A DNA stretch of 47,910 bases from Candidatus Sericytochromatia bacterium (GTDB taxonomy: Bacteria > Cyanobacteriota > Sericytochromatia > S15B-MN24 > UBA4093). The stretch spans positions 1-47,910 of the forward strand of contig JAKFCT010000035.1 in NCBI GenBank assembly GCA_036676495.1. Direction: 5' to 3'. Below the pieces are notes generated by a model. The model saw only the letters and a list, made by a program, of their open reading frames with translations, was not told the origin of the DNA and searched no databases. Shown here piece after piece: positions 11,506 through 19,917 of the stretch (its first letter is position 1; each line of letters begins with the position of its first letter). The position numbers were made by a program, and so were the translations under genes.

Positions 11506-11976
11506 ATGCAACCGCGGTTGAACTACTGGAGCTTGGCCCCGGCGGTCCCGGGCAAGCTGATGGAGGCGACGGCGCTCGTCGAGCAAAGTGGCCTGGAGCC
11601 TCGTTTGCTGCATCTGGTCACCATCCGGGCGTCCCAGTTGAACGGGTGCGCGTTCTGCCTGGAGCTGCACACCCGCGAGGCCCGCGAGGGCGGTGAATCG
11701 GAAGATCGCCTCTACGCCTTGAGCGCCTGGGATGACTCGCCGCTCTTCAGCGAGCGAGAGCGCGCGGCCTTGGCCTGGACCGAGGCGGTGACGCACGTGA
11801 GCGTGGATCGCGTCTCGGATCCGGTCTGGGAGCGCGTGCGCCCCCACTTCGAGGAGACCGAGCTGACGTGGTTGACCTACGCCGTCGCGCTGATCAACAC
11901 CTGGAACCGCCTGGCGATCGCCTTCAAACCCGTCCCGGGTTCCTGGAAGAAGCCCAAGGCCGCCACGTCCTCCTAG
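11506..11976 (+). CDS. Carboxymuconolactone decarboxylase/AhpD-like protein
   Basis: IRASQLNGCAFCLELH, FSERERAALAWTEAVT, INTWNRL. Confidence 0.92.
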   Translation: MQPRLNYWSLAPAVPGKLMEATALVEQSGLEPRLLHLVTIRASQLNGCAFCLELHTREAREGGESEDRLYALSAWDDSPLFSERERAALAWTEAVTHVSVDRVSDPVWERVRPHFEETELTWLTYAVALINTWNRLAIAFKPVPGSWKKPKAATSS

Positions 11977-12010
11977 AGAGCTGGGTGCCTTTGCAGCCTT
12001 GGCTCGTGCT

Positions 12011-12058
12011 AATAATACCCGGGTAATATTGACTCCTGAATTTTACCCGGGTATTATT
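12011..12058 (+). promoter_or_regulatory. Sigma70-type promoter with two TACCCGGGTA palindromic boxes
   Basis: TTGACT(12029)-N17-TATTAT(12052). Arms 12011-12030 and 12039-12058 form a 20-bp inverted repeat with one mismatch, each centred on TACCCGGGTA. Confidence 0.8.
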
Positions 12059-12091
12059 GAGCCCACAGCACCCCAAGGAACGGAGGAATCC

Positions 12092-12706
12092 ATGGCCATC
12101 GACCCCACGTCTTTCACAGCTTTCAGCGGCCAGCGCCGGATCGCGTCGGGCTCCATCGAGGAGGTGGCGCTCGCAGTCAAGGCATGGATCGACGCGGGGC
12201 GGGACTCCGTGCTCGTCTTCGACGATGCTAGCGGCCAGCAGATCGACCTGGACCTGCGGGGAACGCCCGATGAGGCGCTGGAGCGGCTCGCGCAGCATCC
12301 TTGGCTCGCGACCCAGCGCGAAAAGGACGCACGCCGCGCGGGGCCCGGGCGCCCCAAGCTCGGGGTGACCAGCCGCGAGGTCTCGCTCTTGCCGCGTCAC
12401 TGGGACTGGCTCAGCGAGCAGCCCGGCGGGGCTTCGGGGACGCTCAGGAAGCTCGTCGAGGAACGCATGAAGGCCGGCCTGGGCCGGGATCGCGCCCGCA
12501 AGGCCTATGAAGCCGCTTCCAAGTTCGCCTGGGTGATGGGCGGCAACCTTCCGGAATTCGAAGAGGCCTCGCGCGCCTTGTCCCGCAAGGACTACGCCCG
12601 CCTCGAGGTTCTGACGGATACTTGGCCGGAGGATATCCGGGATCACCTCAAGACGCTGGTGACACGAGCGGCCGAGGCCGAGACGGAGGTGCAAGATGAC
12701 GACTAG
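12092..12706 (+). CDS. DUF2239-family protein
   Basis: FTAF.G.RRIASG, VFDDASGQQIDLDLRG, GPGRPKLGVTSREVSLLPRHWDWL, GNLPEFEEASRAL; GGAGG RBS. Confidence 0.88.
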   Translation: MAIDPTSFTAFSGQRRIASGSIEEVALAVKAWIDAGRDSVLVFDDASGQQIDLDLRGTPDEALERLAQHPWLATQREKDARRAGPGRPKLGVTSREVSLLPRHWDWLSEQPGGASGTLRKLVEERMKAGLGRDRARKAYEAASKFAWVMGGNLPEFEEASRALSRKDYARLEVLTDTWPEDIRDHLKTLVTRAAEAETEVQDDD

Positions 12707-13058
12707 AGAGGCCATGAAGGCCGCGTACAAGCAGGAGCGCCATCGCCTGAGGACGATGGGCGTCTTCCAGATCAAGAACCAGGCGAATGGCAAGGTCTTC
12801 CTCGACGCCAGTCCCAACCTCGACGGGACGATCAGCCGCGATCGCTCATGGCTGGCTCGGGGCTTCCACATGAACTCCGAACTCTTGAAGGAGTGGAAGG
12901 CCTTCGGCGCGGAGGCCTTCACCTTCGACGTCCTGGAGGTCCTCAAGCCCACGGACGAGCCTCGAAACTACTCGGAAGAACTTGCCATCCTCTTGGAGGT
13001 CTGGAAAGAGACCCTCCAGCCCTACGGCGAGCGGGGCTATATGAAGCCGCCGCGCTGA
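12696..13058 (+). CDS. GIY-YIG-like nuclease-family small protein
   Basis: MGVFQIKNQANGKVFL, LLKEWKAFGAEAFTFDVLE, LQPYGERGY; overlaps the DUF2239 gene by 11 nt. Confidence 0.78.
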   Translation: MTTREAMKAAYKQERHRLRTMGVFQIKNQANGKVFLDASPNLDGTISRDRSWLARGFHMNSELLKEWKAFGAEAFTFDVLEVLKPTDEPRNYSEELAILLEVWKETLQPYGERGYMKPPR

Positions 13059-13150
13059 TCCCGCAAAACGGATCCTTCCCGGGTGACGGGGCGGAGGGCG
13101 AAGAGTACGCTGATCCCGTTCCGACCCCAGACGTTTCAAGGAGGCCTCCC

Positions 13151-13552
13151 ATGAGCTTTCATCTCAACCTCGACGAGGCGACCCGTGCCAACGGGTTCTT
13201 CCGCAAAGAGCTCTACACCACGGAGCGCACCCAGATCGTCGTCATGAGCGTGGAACCGGGTGACGACATCGGGCTCGAGACCCATGACCTCGATCAGGTG
13301 CTCTACTTCGTTTCGGGCAAGGGAGAGTACAGCGTGGGCAACGATCGCGGGGAGATCCGCCCGGGAGACGTGGTCGTCGTGCCGGCCCATACGCAGCACA
13401 ACTTCCTCAACACGGGCGACGCGCCGATGAAGCTCTTCACCGTCTACGCGCCGCCCGACCATGCTCCCGGAACCCTTCACCGCACCAAGGCCGAGGCCAT
13501 GGAGGCGGAGGCCGCGGAGCATGCGGCCTCACGCGCGGTCCCGGGAATGTAG
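13151..13552 (+). CDS. Cupin-domain protein
   Basis: IGLETHDLDQVLYFVSGKG, PGDVVVVPAHTQHNFLNTG, LFTVYAPPDH; AGGAGG RBS. Confidence 0.9.
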   Translation: MSFHLNLDEATRANGFFRKELYTTERTQIVVMSVEPGDDIGLETHDLDQVLYFVSGKGEYSVGNDRGEIRPGDVVVVPAHTQHNFLNTGDAPMKLFTVYAPPDHAPGTLHRTKAEAMEAEAAEHAASRAVPGM

Positions 13553-13626
13553 CCTCGAAGCGCTCCCGGCTGCCGGGAGCGTGTTAGAGTGGAGCGTCGA
13601 CCCACGTCAACCAGGAGGCGGATCCG

Positions 13627-14598
13627 ATGGCCCTTCGAACCCTTGGACGTACCGAGCTTCGCGTTTCTCCGCTCTGTCTCGGGGGCAACGTCTTCGGCTG
13701 GACCGCCGACGAGGCGGCCTCCTTCGCCGTCCTGGACGCGTACGTGGAAGGCGGAGGCAACTTCATCGACACGGCGGAGAGCTATTCCCGCTGGGTTCCC
13801 GGCCACCAGGGGGGAGAGTCGGAGGCGATCCTCGGGCGCTGGCTGCGATCGCGCCAGCACCGGGACGCGGTCGTGATTGCCACCAAGGTCGGCCTTCCCA
13901 TGGGCGATGCGCCCGAGCAGAAAGGGCTCTCCCGCCGGCGGATCCTGGACGCCGTGGAGGGCTCCCTGCGCCGCTTGCAGACGGACGTGATCGACCTCTA
14001 CCAGGCCCACGCCGACGATCCCGAGACGCCCCTCGAGGAGACCTTGGCCACCTTCGACGAGCTGATCGCGGCGGGAAAGGTCCGTCACATCGGGGCTTCC
14101 AACTACACGGCCCCCCGCTTGAAGCAGGCCCTGGAGGCGGCGCGTCACGCGGGGATTCGTCCCTTCGAAACCTTGCAGCCCGAGTACAACCTCCTGGACC
14201 GCGACGACTTCGAGGGGGAGGTGCAGGCGTTCTGCCTGGAGCACGAACTGGGAGTGATCACCTACTTCTCGCTGGCGAGTGGCTTCCTGACCGGCAAGTA
14301 CCGCAAGGGAGAGCCTCTGCCGACCTCTGGGAGGGCGGCGTCGGTGCAGCGCGCGTACATGAACGAGCGAGGGTTCAGGGTCCTGGACGCACTCGAGCAG
14401 GTGGCGACGCAGCACGGGGCCACTTACGCTCAGGTGGCGCTGGCCTGGGTCATGGCCCAGCCGGGGGTGACGTCGGCGATCGCGAGCGCGACGTCGCCCG
14501 AGCAGACGCGCGACCTGCTCGGCGCGCTGCGGCTGCAACTCGACGAGGCCGCCTTGCGCCGGCTCTCCGAGGCGGGGCTATCCCCCGCGCGCGGCTAG
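13627..14598 (+). CDS. Aldo/keto reductase
   Basis: LCLGGNVFGWT, GNFIDTAESY, IATKVG, SLRRLQTDVIDLYQAH, IGASNY, LQPEYNL. Confidence 0.95.
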   Translation: MALRTLGRTELRVSPLCLGGNVFGWTADEAASFAVLDAYVEGGGNFIDTAESYSRWVPGHQGGESEAILGRWLRSRQHRDAVVIATKVGLPMGDAPEQKGLSRRRILDAVEGSLRRLQTDVIDLYQAHADDPETPLEETLATFDELIAAGKVRHIGASNYTAPRLKQALEAARHAGIRPFETLQPEYNLLDRDDFEGEVQAFCLEHELGVITYFSLASGFLTGKYRKGEPLPTSGRAASVQRAYMNERGFRVLDALEQVATQHGATYAQVALAWVMAQPGVTSAIASATSPEQTRDLLGALRLQLDEAALRRLSEAGLSPARG

Positions 14599-14632
14599 AC
14601 AACGTTTCCAAGAAATGGAAGGACCTCCGCGC

Positions 14633-15517
14633 GTGACCCCGACCCTGTCCGATTACCGATCCCTCATCGCGCTGGACGAGCCCTTCGTGGCGCCGCCTCC
14701 GCTCTCCGCCGAGGAGGCGCCCCGCGTCACGCGCGAGGTGCTCGACCTGCTGCTTCAGGGAGAGCGCGCCCCATGGCTCGTCAGGCTGCTGAAGCCGCTC
14801 GCCCGGGTCTCGGATCGCGACGCCCTACAGGCCCTGTTGACGGCGCGTCCGGCCCGCCCGTTCCTCTCGGAGGAGCTGCACGGCCTGCTGGATCGTTTGC
14901 TGGCCTTCGAGCGCCTCCAGCGCCCATGCGTCGAGGCGATGGATCTTGCGACCGTCACCTCCCTTTCGCTTTGGCAGGGGGATATCACCACGCTGCGGGT
15001 CGATGCCATCGTGAACGCGGCCAACGACGCGCTCTTGGGTTGCTTCCAACCTTTCCACCGCTGTATCGACAATGCCATTCACGCCGCTGCCGGCCCCCGG
15101 CTCCGGGAGGATTGCGCGCGCCTCATGGAGCTTCAAGGCTTCCGGGAGCCGACCGGCCACGCCAAGATCACCCGCGCCTACCATTTGCCTGCGCGCTACG
15201 TCCTTCACACCGTCGGCCCCATCTACGGGGAAGCGGGAGAGGAGCCGGGAGCGCGGGACCGGGAGGCGCTCGAAGCCAGCTACCATTCGTGCCTGGAGCT
15301 CGCCGCCGCGCTGCCGGAGATCCGCAGCCTGGCCTTCCCGTGCATCTCCACGGGAGTCTTCGGCTTCCCGGCGCGGGCCGCTTCGCGGATCGCCGTGGAC
15401 ACGGTCTCGGCGTGGTGCGCTCAGCATCCGGGACGCTTCGACCGCGTGGTCTTCAACGTCTTTCTCGACTCGGATTTGGCACTCTACCAGGAGCGCCTCG
15501 GCATGGCGACCCGCTGA
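14633..15517 (+). CDS. Zn-binding macrodomain protein-ADP-ribose hydrolase
   Basis: WQGDITTLRVDAIVNAAN, GCFQPFHRCIDNAIH (Cys/His/Cys Zn loop), VLHTVGP, AFPCISTGVFGFP. Confidence 0.92.
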   Translation: MTPTLSDYRSLIALDEPFVAPPPLSAEEAPRVTREVLDLLLQGERAPWLVRLLKPLARVSDRDALQALLTARPARPFLSEELHGLLDRLLAFERLQRPCVEAMDLATVTSLSLWQGDITTLRVDAIVNAANDALLGCFQPFHRCIDNAIHAAAGPRLREDCARLMELQGFREPTGHAKITRAYHLPARYVLHTVGPIYGEAGEEPGARDREALEASYHSCLELAAALPEIRSLAFPCISTGVFGFPARAASRIAVDTVSAWCAQHPGRFDRVVFNVFLDSDLALYQERLGMATR

Positions 15518-15532
15518 CCCCAGGAGATCCTC

Positions 15533-16426
15533 ATGACCCCGCGTTGGATTGAACCCTCCCCGCTCACTCAGGAGACGCTCGCGGCGATCGCCACGAAGCT
15601 GCGCCACGCCGATCACGTGCTCATCGGGGCGGGGGCCGGCATGTCCGCGGACGCGGGCATCGATTATGCCGACGAGGCCTACTTCGCCCGCCGATTTCCG
15701 GCGATGCTTCAGTACGGCCTCCGTTGCCAGTATGAGACCATCGGCTTCCAGGGCTGGAGCGAAGCCGTGCAATGGGGCTTCCTGGCCGATCACGTGAACG
15801 CGGTTCGCTTCGAGAGCCAGCCGCAGCCGAATTACACGCAGCTGCTCTCGCTCGTTGCCGGCAAGGACCACTTCGTCATCACCAGCAACGTGGACGGCAT
15901 GTTCGCCAAGAGCGGTTTCGACGAGTCCCGGATCTACACCCCGCAGGGCAGCTACGCCCTCTACCAGTGCCTCACGCCCTGCACGACCCAGACCTGGCCG
16001 TTCAAGCCGATCCTCGATCGGATCCTTCCGGCGATCGATCCGGCCACGCAGGCCGTGACCGACCCCGCGCTCATCCCGCTCTGCCCGAATTGCGGCGGGC
16101 CCGCCTTCCTGAACGTCCGGGGAGGTTCCTGGTTCATCGAGGAGCCTCAGCGCGAAGCGCGCGCCCGGTACGTCGATTGGGTCAATGCGACGGCAGACGG
16201 GACGCTGCTCGTGATCGAGATCGGCTCCGGGTTCAACACGCCAGGCGTCGTGCGCTGGCCGATGGAGCAGATCACCGACTGGCATGACCAGGCCCACCTC
16301 CTGCGGGTGAACGCCGATTACCCCCAGATTTCGGTGGAGCTTGCCGACCGCGCCACGGCGATCCAGGCCCGCGGGCGGGAGGTCATCGCCATGCTCGTGC
16401 AGGAGATGGCGCGTTCAGGCGGCTAG
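15533..16426 (+). CDS. Class M sirtuin (SirTM, macrodomain-linked ADP-ribosyltransferase type)
   Basis: IGAGAGMSA, FVITSNVDG, YTPQGSY (Gln where deacylases have His), CLTPC and CPNC, EIGSGFNTPGVVRWP; 15 nt downstream of the macrodomain gene. Confidence 0.88.
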   Translation: MTPRWIEPSPLTQETLAAIATKLRHADHVLIGAGAGMSADAGIDYADEAYFARRFPAMLQYGLRCQYETIGFQGWSEAVQWGFLADHVNAVRFESQPQPNYTQLLSLVAGKDHFVITSNVDGMFAKSGFDESRIYTPQGSYALYQCLTPCTTQTWPFKPILDRILPAIDPATQAVTDPALIPLCPNCGGPAFLNVRGGSWFIEEPQREARARYVDWVNATADGTLLVIEIGSGFNTPGVVRWPMEQITDWHDQAHLLRVNADYPQISVELADRATAIQARGREVIAMLVQEMARSGG

Positions 16427-16600
16427 CGTACGCTGCCGGAAGCGCGGGGCGCCGATGATCCGAGTGATCCCCGAGACCCCGCGGCTGAAGGCCGCTTGCG
16501 TGATCCGGATCGGCAGGCGGTGGCCGACCAGGATGCCGAGGAGGTTGAAGCTGGCGATGCCCGCAGCCAAAGCCTCCTGGGCCAGCAGGGCTAGAACCAT
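16415..16600 (-). pseudogene. Possible remnant of a membrane transporter C-terminus (TauE/SafE-like)
   Basis: 61-aa hydrophobic ORF GILVGHRLPIRITQAAFSRGVSG..IIG resembles the last helices of TSUP transporters; similarity judged by eye only. Confidence 0.25.
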
Positions 16601-16624
16601 CAGCCTGCCATGTCGGCGGCGGGA

Positions 16625-17659
16625 TTACCCGGGAACGAGGACCGCGCGGCCGAGGATCTGGCCTTTATCGAGCTTCTCGTAGACCTCGGCGGCCTCGTCC
16701 AACTTGAAGAAGGTCGTATCGGCCTTGATGCGTCCCGCCTGGGCGAGCGCGATGACCTCCATGAGCTCCTTGCGCGAGCCCCAGTAGGGCGTCATGAGCG
16801 AGCAGCCGAACGGCAAGGCGTAGCAGTTCCAGTCGATCTTGCCGCCTCCTAGGCCCACGACCGTGAGCTGGGAGTGCATGCCGACGGCCTTCGTGGCGAG
16901 GGTCACGGTGGGTTGTACGCCGACGCAGTCGAGGACGAGGGTGCAGCCGCGCTTGCCCGCGACCTCCTGGATGGCCTTCAGGGCGGCCTCGGAGTCGCGC
17001 GTGTTGACGACGACGTCCGCTCCGCGCTCCTTGGCATGCGCGAGCTTGGCGTCGTCCACGTCGCCCGCGATGATCCGCGTCGCGGAGACGGCGCGCAGGA
17101 TCTGGACGGCCATGTGGCCGAGCCCGCCGACCCCCAGGACCAGGGTCGTCGTGTCGGGAGTCAGCAGCGGCAGGGCGTGCTTGATCGCGTGGTACGGGGT
17201 CAAGGCGGCGTCCGAGAGCGGCGAGGCCTCCCGCGGATCGAGGTTCCCCAGGCGTATCAGCAGCCGAGGGGACGGAACGATCATGTACTCGGCCATGCCG
17301 CCGTCGTAGCCGAGGCCGCCTGCGAGCTTGTCGGGAAGCCTGACGTTCTCGCAGTAGGACTCGTTCGAGGTCGTGCATTCGGGGCATTGGCCGCAGCCCC
17401 AGGGGCCGTAAACGGCCACGGCCTCACCGACCTTCCAGCCGCTGACGCCCTCGCCCAGCTCCTCGATCCAGCCCGCGTTCTCGTGGCCCAGGGTGAAGGG
17501 CCCGGGGATGCCGATGCCCTCGTGAAGGACATGCAGATCCGAGTGGCAGACCCCCGCTCCGCCGATCTTGATCAGCACCTGCCCCGGGCCGGGCTTCGGC
17601 TTCGGAATGTCCGCGATCTCGGGGGGCTTGCCCACGTCAATGAACCGCACCGCTTTCAT
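16625..17659 (-). CDS. Zn-dependent NAD(P) alcohol dehydrogenase
   Basis: GVCHSDLH, LGHENAG, CGQCPEC..C structural Zn site, GVGGLG, GRAVLVP. Confidence 0.95.
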   Translation of the reverse strand: MKAVRFIDVGKPPEIADIPKPKPGPGQVLIKIGGAGVCHSDLHVLHEGIGIPGPFTLGHENAGWIEELGEGVSGWKVGEAVAVYGPWGCGQCPECTTSNESYCENVRLPDKLAGGLGYDGGMAEYMIVPSPRLLIRLGNLDPREASPLSDAALTPYHAIKHALPLLTPDTTTLVLGVGGLGHMAVQILRAVSATRIIAGDVDDAKLAHAKERGADVVVNTRDSEAALKAIQEVAGKRGCTLVLDCVGVQPTVTLATKAVGMHSQLTVVGLGGGKIDWNCYALPFGCSLMTPYWGSRKELMEVIALAQAGRIKADTTFFKLDEAAEVYEKLDKGQILGRAVLVPG

Positions 17660-17855
17660 CGTCGTCCTCCTCGCTCCAATTCAACTCGGGCGCATCGATG
17701 CCCCTACCGTAATTCGTCGACGCGCAGAGTCAACACGGAGGCGAGCTTTGGCACCGACGCCGGCCCGGCACGCCGGGAAAGGCAAGCAGGCCATTTGAAA
17801 CCCCCGCCGACCGGGCACAAGAAAGGACCCCCATGGACTCTAAGAGGCGGATGAC

Positions 17856-19262
17856 TTGCTGCGACTTGCCCTGACCTTGGCCCTGGTTTCGAGCGTCCTC
17901 GTGGCGGCGCCGGCCGATTCGGCGGCGCCTTACCAGGTGAAGGTCGAACGGAACCGGACGGTGCTCACCCTCTACGACGCGGTCCTGGAGGCGCATGACA
18001 CGCCGAAGGTGGCGACCTGGCACCTGAGTGGCATGAGCACTGACAAGACGCCGTGGAAGGCCACCCTCCGGCCCGCCGGGAGCGTGATCCGCCACGTGGT
18101 CCTGACGTCGTCGGGCGGCAAGATCCAGATCGACGCCGCCTGGCGCCATGCGGTCGCCACCCAGGTGATCCCCCGCGCGAACCGCCTGGAGGTCATCTTC
18201 CCGCATCAGCCGGCCAAGCCCACCTACCGCCCGATCGCCGAGGGCGTGGGCTACTGGGAGGGACAGCGCTGGACCGGCGGCGGGCCGGCCCGGGTTCGGA
18301 CCGTGCGGGTCGATCCCCGGCGTGCGGAAGTGCGGCCCGCCATGGCCGCGCCCGGATCCCATGGGCGGATGGGCCTCGAGCCCGTGAGCCGGATCGCCGA
18401 GCGCCATCGGGCGATCGCCGCCATCAACGGCACCTTCTTCTCGCCCCAGACCCGCGAGCCGCTCGGCTTGCTGGTCATCGGCGGCCAGCTCGTCAGCAGC
18501 CAACTCTACAACCGCTCGGCGTTCTACTTCCTCAAGGACGGCCGCTCGCTGATCAGCAATGCCAACCTCATGGCGCAGGTGACCACTCCCGGCGGCGGAC
18601 TCCTTCAGCCGCATGCCGTCAATCAGCCGGCCGCCCGGCACCAGCTCACGCTCTACACGGATCACTACGGCTTCAAGTCCGGGACCTGGCCCGACCCCAG
18701 CCGCTGGGAAGTCGCCCTCTCCCCCCTGGGGCAGATCGTGAACATGGGCACGGGAAACCTCTCCATCCCGATGGGCGGGGTGGTCCTCAGCGCCCAGGGC
18801 ACGGAACGCGCCACGCTGATGCAGGCCCTGGAGCCCGGCAGCCAGACCAGGGTCTCCGTGGGCCTCGAGAAATCCGGCAAGAACGTCGCGCATGTCATCG
18901 GCGGCGGTCCGACGCTCGTCCAGAAGGGCAAGGTCCGGATCACGGCCGTCGAGGAGCGCTTCCGCAATGACGTCTCCCAGGGGCGCGCTCCCCGGACGGC
19001 CATGGGCGTCGATGCCAAGGGAAATCTCCTGCTTACCACCGTGGATGGGCGCCAGCCGGGCTACAGCGCCGGCATGACCCTGCGCGAACTCGCCCGTACC
19101 CTGGATGAGCTGGGAGCCCAGGAGGCGATCAATCTGGATGGGGGGGGATCCACCACCATGGCGATCGCCGGTGACGTTATTAACAAGCCCTCCGACGGCA
19201 AGGAGCGCTGGGTCAGCAACGCGCTGATCGTCACTCCGCGCAAGACTCCCCTTCTCAACTAG
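17856..19262 (+). CDS. Secreted phosphodiester glycosidase (NAGPA-like) family protein
   Basis: Signal peptide, AAINGTFF, GGGPTLV, PRTAMG, VDGRQPGYSAGMTL, NLDGGGST, VSNAL; TTG start. Confidence 0.88.
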   Translation: MLRLALTLALVSSVLVAAPADSAAPYQVKVERNRTVLTLYDAVLEAHDTPKVATWHLSGMSTDKTPWKATLRPAGSVIRHVVLTSSGGKIQIDAAWRHAVATQVIPRANRLEVIFPHQPAKPTYRPIAEGVGYWEGQRWTGGGPARVRTVRVDPRRAEVRPAMAAPGSHGRMGLEPVSRIAERHRAIAAINGTFFSPQTREPLGLLVIGGQLVSSQLYNRSAFYFLKDGRSLISNANLMAQVTTPGGGLLQPHAVNQPAARHQLTLYTDHYGFKSGTWPDPSRWEVALSPLGQIVNMGTGNLSIPMGGVVLSAQGTERATLMQALEPGSQTRVSVGLEKSGKNVAHVIGGGPTLVQKGKVRITAVEERFRNDVSQGRAPRTAMGVDAKGNLLLTTVDGRQPGYSAGMTLRELARTLDELGAQEAINLDGGGSTTMAIAGDVINKPSDGKERWVSNALIVTPRKTPLLN

Positions 19263-19293
19263 CGACCCGCCCGTCTGACGCGTCGACAAGAAA

Positions 19294-19329
19294 GTGCCGC
19301 CGAGCGCCACATGCGGCGCTCGGCGGCAC
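19294..19329. terminator. Hairpin between convergent genes
   Basis: 15-bp stem GTGCCGCCGAGCGCC-N6-GGCGCTCGGCGGCAC. Confidence 0.65.
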
Positions 19330-19355
19330 GATTACTTAACCGCGGGAGGCCGGCC

Positions 19356-19889
19356 TCAGCCTTCAGACGATAGGGCCTCGAGGTCCTTGAAGATCTGGGT
19401 GTGGTCGGGCATGCCCTCGTAGACCTGGCGGATCGTCCCGGCCTTGTCGATCAGGAAGGCGCGGCGCTTCGGCAGCTTGACCATCAGCATGCCGCCCGCG
19501 GAGTCGTATTTCTGAGCGATCTTGCCGCCGTCGTCACTGAGGAACGGGAAATCCGCCGCGCAATGAGCCGCGAACTTGCCGAGAGTCTCGGGGGTGTCGT
19601 AGCTGATGCCCAGGACCTGGGTGTCGAGTGCCTTGAACCTGGGAAGGTCCTTGCCCAGGGTCTGCATCTCTTTTTCGCAGCCGGGGGTGAAGGCCTTCGG
19701 GAAGAAGGCCACGAAGACGTTTTGCTTGCCTTGGTACTCCGAGAGCGTGACGGTGTCGCCGCGATCGGAGGGCAGGGCGAATTCGGGAGCTTTCTTGCCG
19801 ACGAGAGTGGACATGGGGCTTGCTCCGTGGGCCATGGGGGCGATCGCCACCATCGCCGTGATCGTCAAGGGGGTCAAGAGCTTGAGCAT
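19356..19889 (-). CDS. Peroxiredoxin (BCP/AhpE-like) with N-terminal signal peptide
   Basis: FFPKAFTPGCEKE (Cys codon is TGC), VLGISYD, FPFLSD, AFLIDKAG. Confidence 0.9.
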   Translation of the reverse strand: MLKLLTPLTITAMVAIAPMAHGASPMSTLVGKKAPEFALPSDRGDTVTLSEYQGKQNVFVAFFPKAFTPGCEKEMQTLGKDLPRFKALDTQVLGISYDTPETLGKFAAHCAADFPFLSDDGGKIAQKYDSAGGMLMVKLPKRRAFLIDKAGTIRQVYEGMPDHTQIFKDLEALSSEG

Positions 19890-19917
19890 AGGGTTTCCTC
19901 CTGTTCCTCCGATCTTA

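Noticed and set aside
10089-16426. Sirtuin/macrodomain genes as an anti-phage system (Thoeris/DSR-like)
   Set aside because: The motifs fit CobB and SirTM rather than defence SIR2 NADases, and there are no TIR, SLOG, HerA or Argonaute partners.
17833-17874. 13-codon ORF (MDSKRRMTCCDLP) with an RBS, overlapping the NAGPA-like start
   Set aside because: Too short to support. The TTG at 17856 has its own plausible RBS and yields a good signal peptide.
19670-19690. Possible selenocysteine in the peroxiredoxin active site
   Set aside because: The codon is TGC (Cys) and the frame is uninterrupted.
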